Source of the DNA: Gaiellaceae bacterium
Lineage (GTDB): Bacteria > Actinomycetota > Thermoleophilia > Gaiellales > Gaiellaceae
DNA: 64,000 nucleotides
Direction of reading: 5' to 3'
Assembly: GCA_026002995.1 (NCBI GenBank)
Contig: BPGK01000001.1
Span: 2,293,988-2,357,987, forward strand
Below are positions 62,922 through 64,000 of this stretch, one piece after another (the first letter of the stretch is position 1; each line of letters opens with the position of its first letter). The notes beneath the pieces were generated by a model that was given only the letters and a program-made list of their open reading frames with translations, ran no database searches and was not told the origin of the DNA. A program made the position numbers and the translations under genes.

Positions 62922-64000
62922 TCAGGACGCCCGCAGCGACCTGCGAACCTCGCGCAGGCGGTAGCTCTCTGCCGCGATCGCCGCGAGCAGGACGGCGAGG
63001 ACGATCGCGAGCGTCACCGGCGCGTCCGGGCTGTCGAGCACCACGGCGACGACGACGATGACCGCCGCAGCGCCGATGCGCTCCCACGCGATCCTCCGAA
63101 CGACCCGGAAGCGCATCAGCGCGAACGCAAGCAGGAAGAGCCCGAGCCCGAGCCCGAGCGCCCACCGCCCTGCGCCCGAGAGCGGGTCGGCCGGATGCGC
63201 GAGCGTCTTTTCGGCAGCGACCGCGAAGTAGATGATCCCGAGCACGATCGGGAAGTGGAAGTATGTGAACACGTCCCGCGCGATCGCTGCACGCGCCTCC
63301 GGAGCCGCGCGAGCGAGCGACCGCTCTGCTGCAGTCGACGTGAACTCGAAGTACGACCACCACAGCGCGAACACGCCGACGAGGGCGATCACCACCGAGA
63401 GCACGAAGACCGTGTCGCGCTCGAGCTCGGCCGCGCCGATGCCGATGGCGACGATCGACTCCCCGAGCGCGATGATCACGATGAGCGCGAAGCGCTCGGC
63501 GAAGTGCGAGGGCGAGACCTTCCAGCCAGCGCGCGCGACGGTCAACGTGCCCACGACGTCGATCACGAGCGACAGGAGCCAGACCCAGGCGCGGAGGCCG
63601 GGCTCGACGAAGCCGCCCGCGAGCGCGACGAGCGCGGCGACGAGGAACCACGGGGCCAGGCTGCGAACCGCCCCGAGCTGCGCCCGGTCGTGCCGCACTC
63701 CCCAGGCGTACAGCGCCGGTTGCAGCAGCCTGACCACGAAGTAGGCGACCGCGAACCACGCAGCCTCGTCCTCGTAGGCGTCCGGCACGGCGAGGGCCAT
63801 GAAGAACGCAGCGGCCATCGCCGCGAACACGATGGTCCGCGTGACGACGTTGTCCACGTCGATCGCGTTCGTCATCCACGTGTACGCCGACCACGCCCAC
63901 CAGACGAGCGCCAGCACGAGCGTGGCCTGCAGGAACCCCGCCGCGGTCGTGTCCTCCAGGATGAGCGCGGTGACCTGCGTGAAGGCGAACACGAAGACGA
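62922..64000 (-). CDS. LtrA (low temperature requirement A) family membrane protein; 5' end beyond the window
   Basis: The polytopic membrane ORF stays open through the window end, where the upstream codons read ...VFVFAFTQVT, matching the conserved LtrA N-terminal motif. Confidence 0.85.
   Translation of the reverse strand, partial: VFVFAFTQVTALILEDTTAAGFLQATLVLALVWWAWSAYTWMTNAIDVDNVVTRTIVFAAMAAAFFMALAVPDAYEDEAAWFAVAYFVVRLLQPALYAWGVRHDRAQLGAVRSLAPWFLVAALVALAGGFVEPGLRAWVWLLSLVIDVVGTLTVARAGWKVSPSHFAERFALIVIIALGESIVAIGIGAAELERDTVFVLSVVIALVGVFALWWSYFEFTSTAAERSLARAAPEARAAIARDVFTYFHFPIVLGIIYFAVAAEKTLAHPADPLSGAGRWALGLGLGLFLLAFALMRFRVVRRIAWERIGAAAVIVVVAVVLDSPDAPVTLAIVLAVLLAAIAAESYRLREVRRSLRAS

Noticed and set aside
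1-64000. A window-wide scan for CRISPR arrays, rRNA genes, long tandem or interspersed repeats, and intact insertion sequences or prophage genes.
   Set aside because: None was seen by eye. The only repeats found are the tRNA-derived 48-mer, three micro-tandem duplications (9, 11 and 14 bp) and the short operator-like motifs reported above.

Overview
This is a very GC-rich, densely coding chromosomal segment. Gene content, frequent GTG starts and many 4-nt start/stop overlaps suggest Actinomycetota, but that is inference only. All calls come from reading the sequence and ORF translations by eye; no database search was run.

Layout:
(1) 1-6.7 kb, housekeeping: LivH/LivK-type ABC transporter genes, an SDR, a cupin, a bifunctional homocysteine S-methyltransferase/MTHFR, a CvpA-serine protease fusion (MarP-like) and tRNA-Asp.
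(2) 6.7-14.1 kb, a decaying accessory patch. A 48-nt copy of the tRNA-Asp 3' half (9336-9383) brackets a 2.7-kb integrase-less island remnant holding a cupin/MarR pair, a frameshifted RibD_C-family gene and a truncated IS256 transposase. After it come an XRE-nucleotidyltransferase pair, a TetR remnant, a VapBC module, an NrtR-like Nudix regulator, one intact MDR dehydrogenase and one decayed copy.
(3) 14.1-56.1 kb, a roughly 42-kb catabolic supercluster with no ready-made pathway name. It holds four enolase-superfamily genes, two HyuA/HyuB (hydantoinase/oxoprolinase-type) pairs, two CocE/NonD hydrolases, two AstE/AspA-family deacylases, a D-aminoacylase, an M20 peptidase, a ceramidase-like amidase, three aminotransferases, a threonine-aldolase-like lyase, two FAD enzymes, an acyl-CoA synthetase, a split peptide-type ABC transporter, two MFS pumps and two GntR regulators. 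A 12-bp box, present as two copies 18 bp apart in each of two divergent promoters 12 kb apart, appears to tie about 24 kb into one GntR regulon. An 11-cistron, 15.9-kb translationally coupled operon contains a mirrored HyuA-HyuB...HyuB-HyuA arrangement and a decayed FGE-like gene.
(4) 56.2-59.4 kb: a NarL-type two-component system flanked by two paralogous small secreted 2-Cys proteins and a cupredoxin-like protein. Both paralog genes are preceded by the same 16-bp motif.
(5) 59.4-64.0 kb: Dps, a bicupin, an HDAC-family deacetylase, a DCC oxidoreductase, a second VapBC and a partial LtrA.

No rRNA, CRISPR array or intact mobile element was seen.
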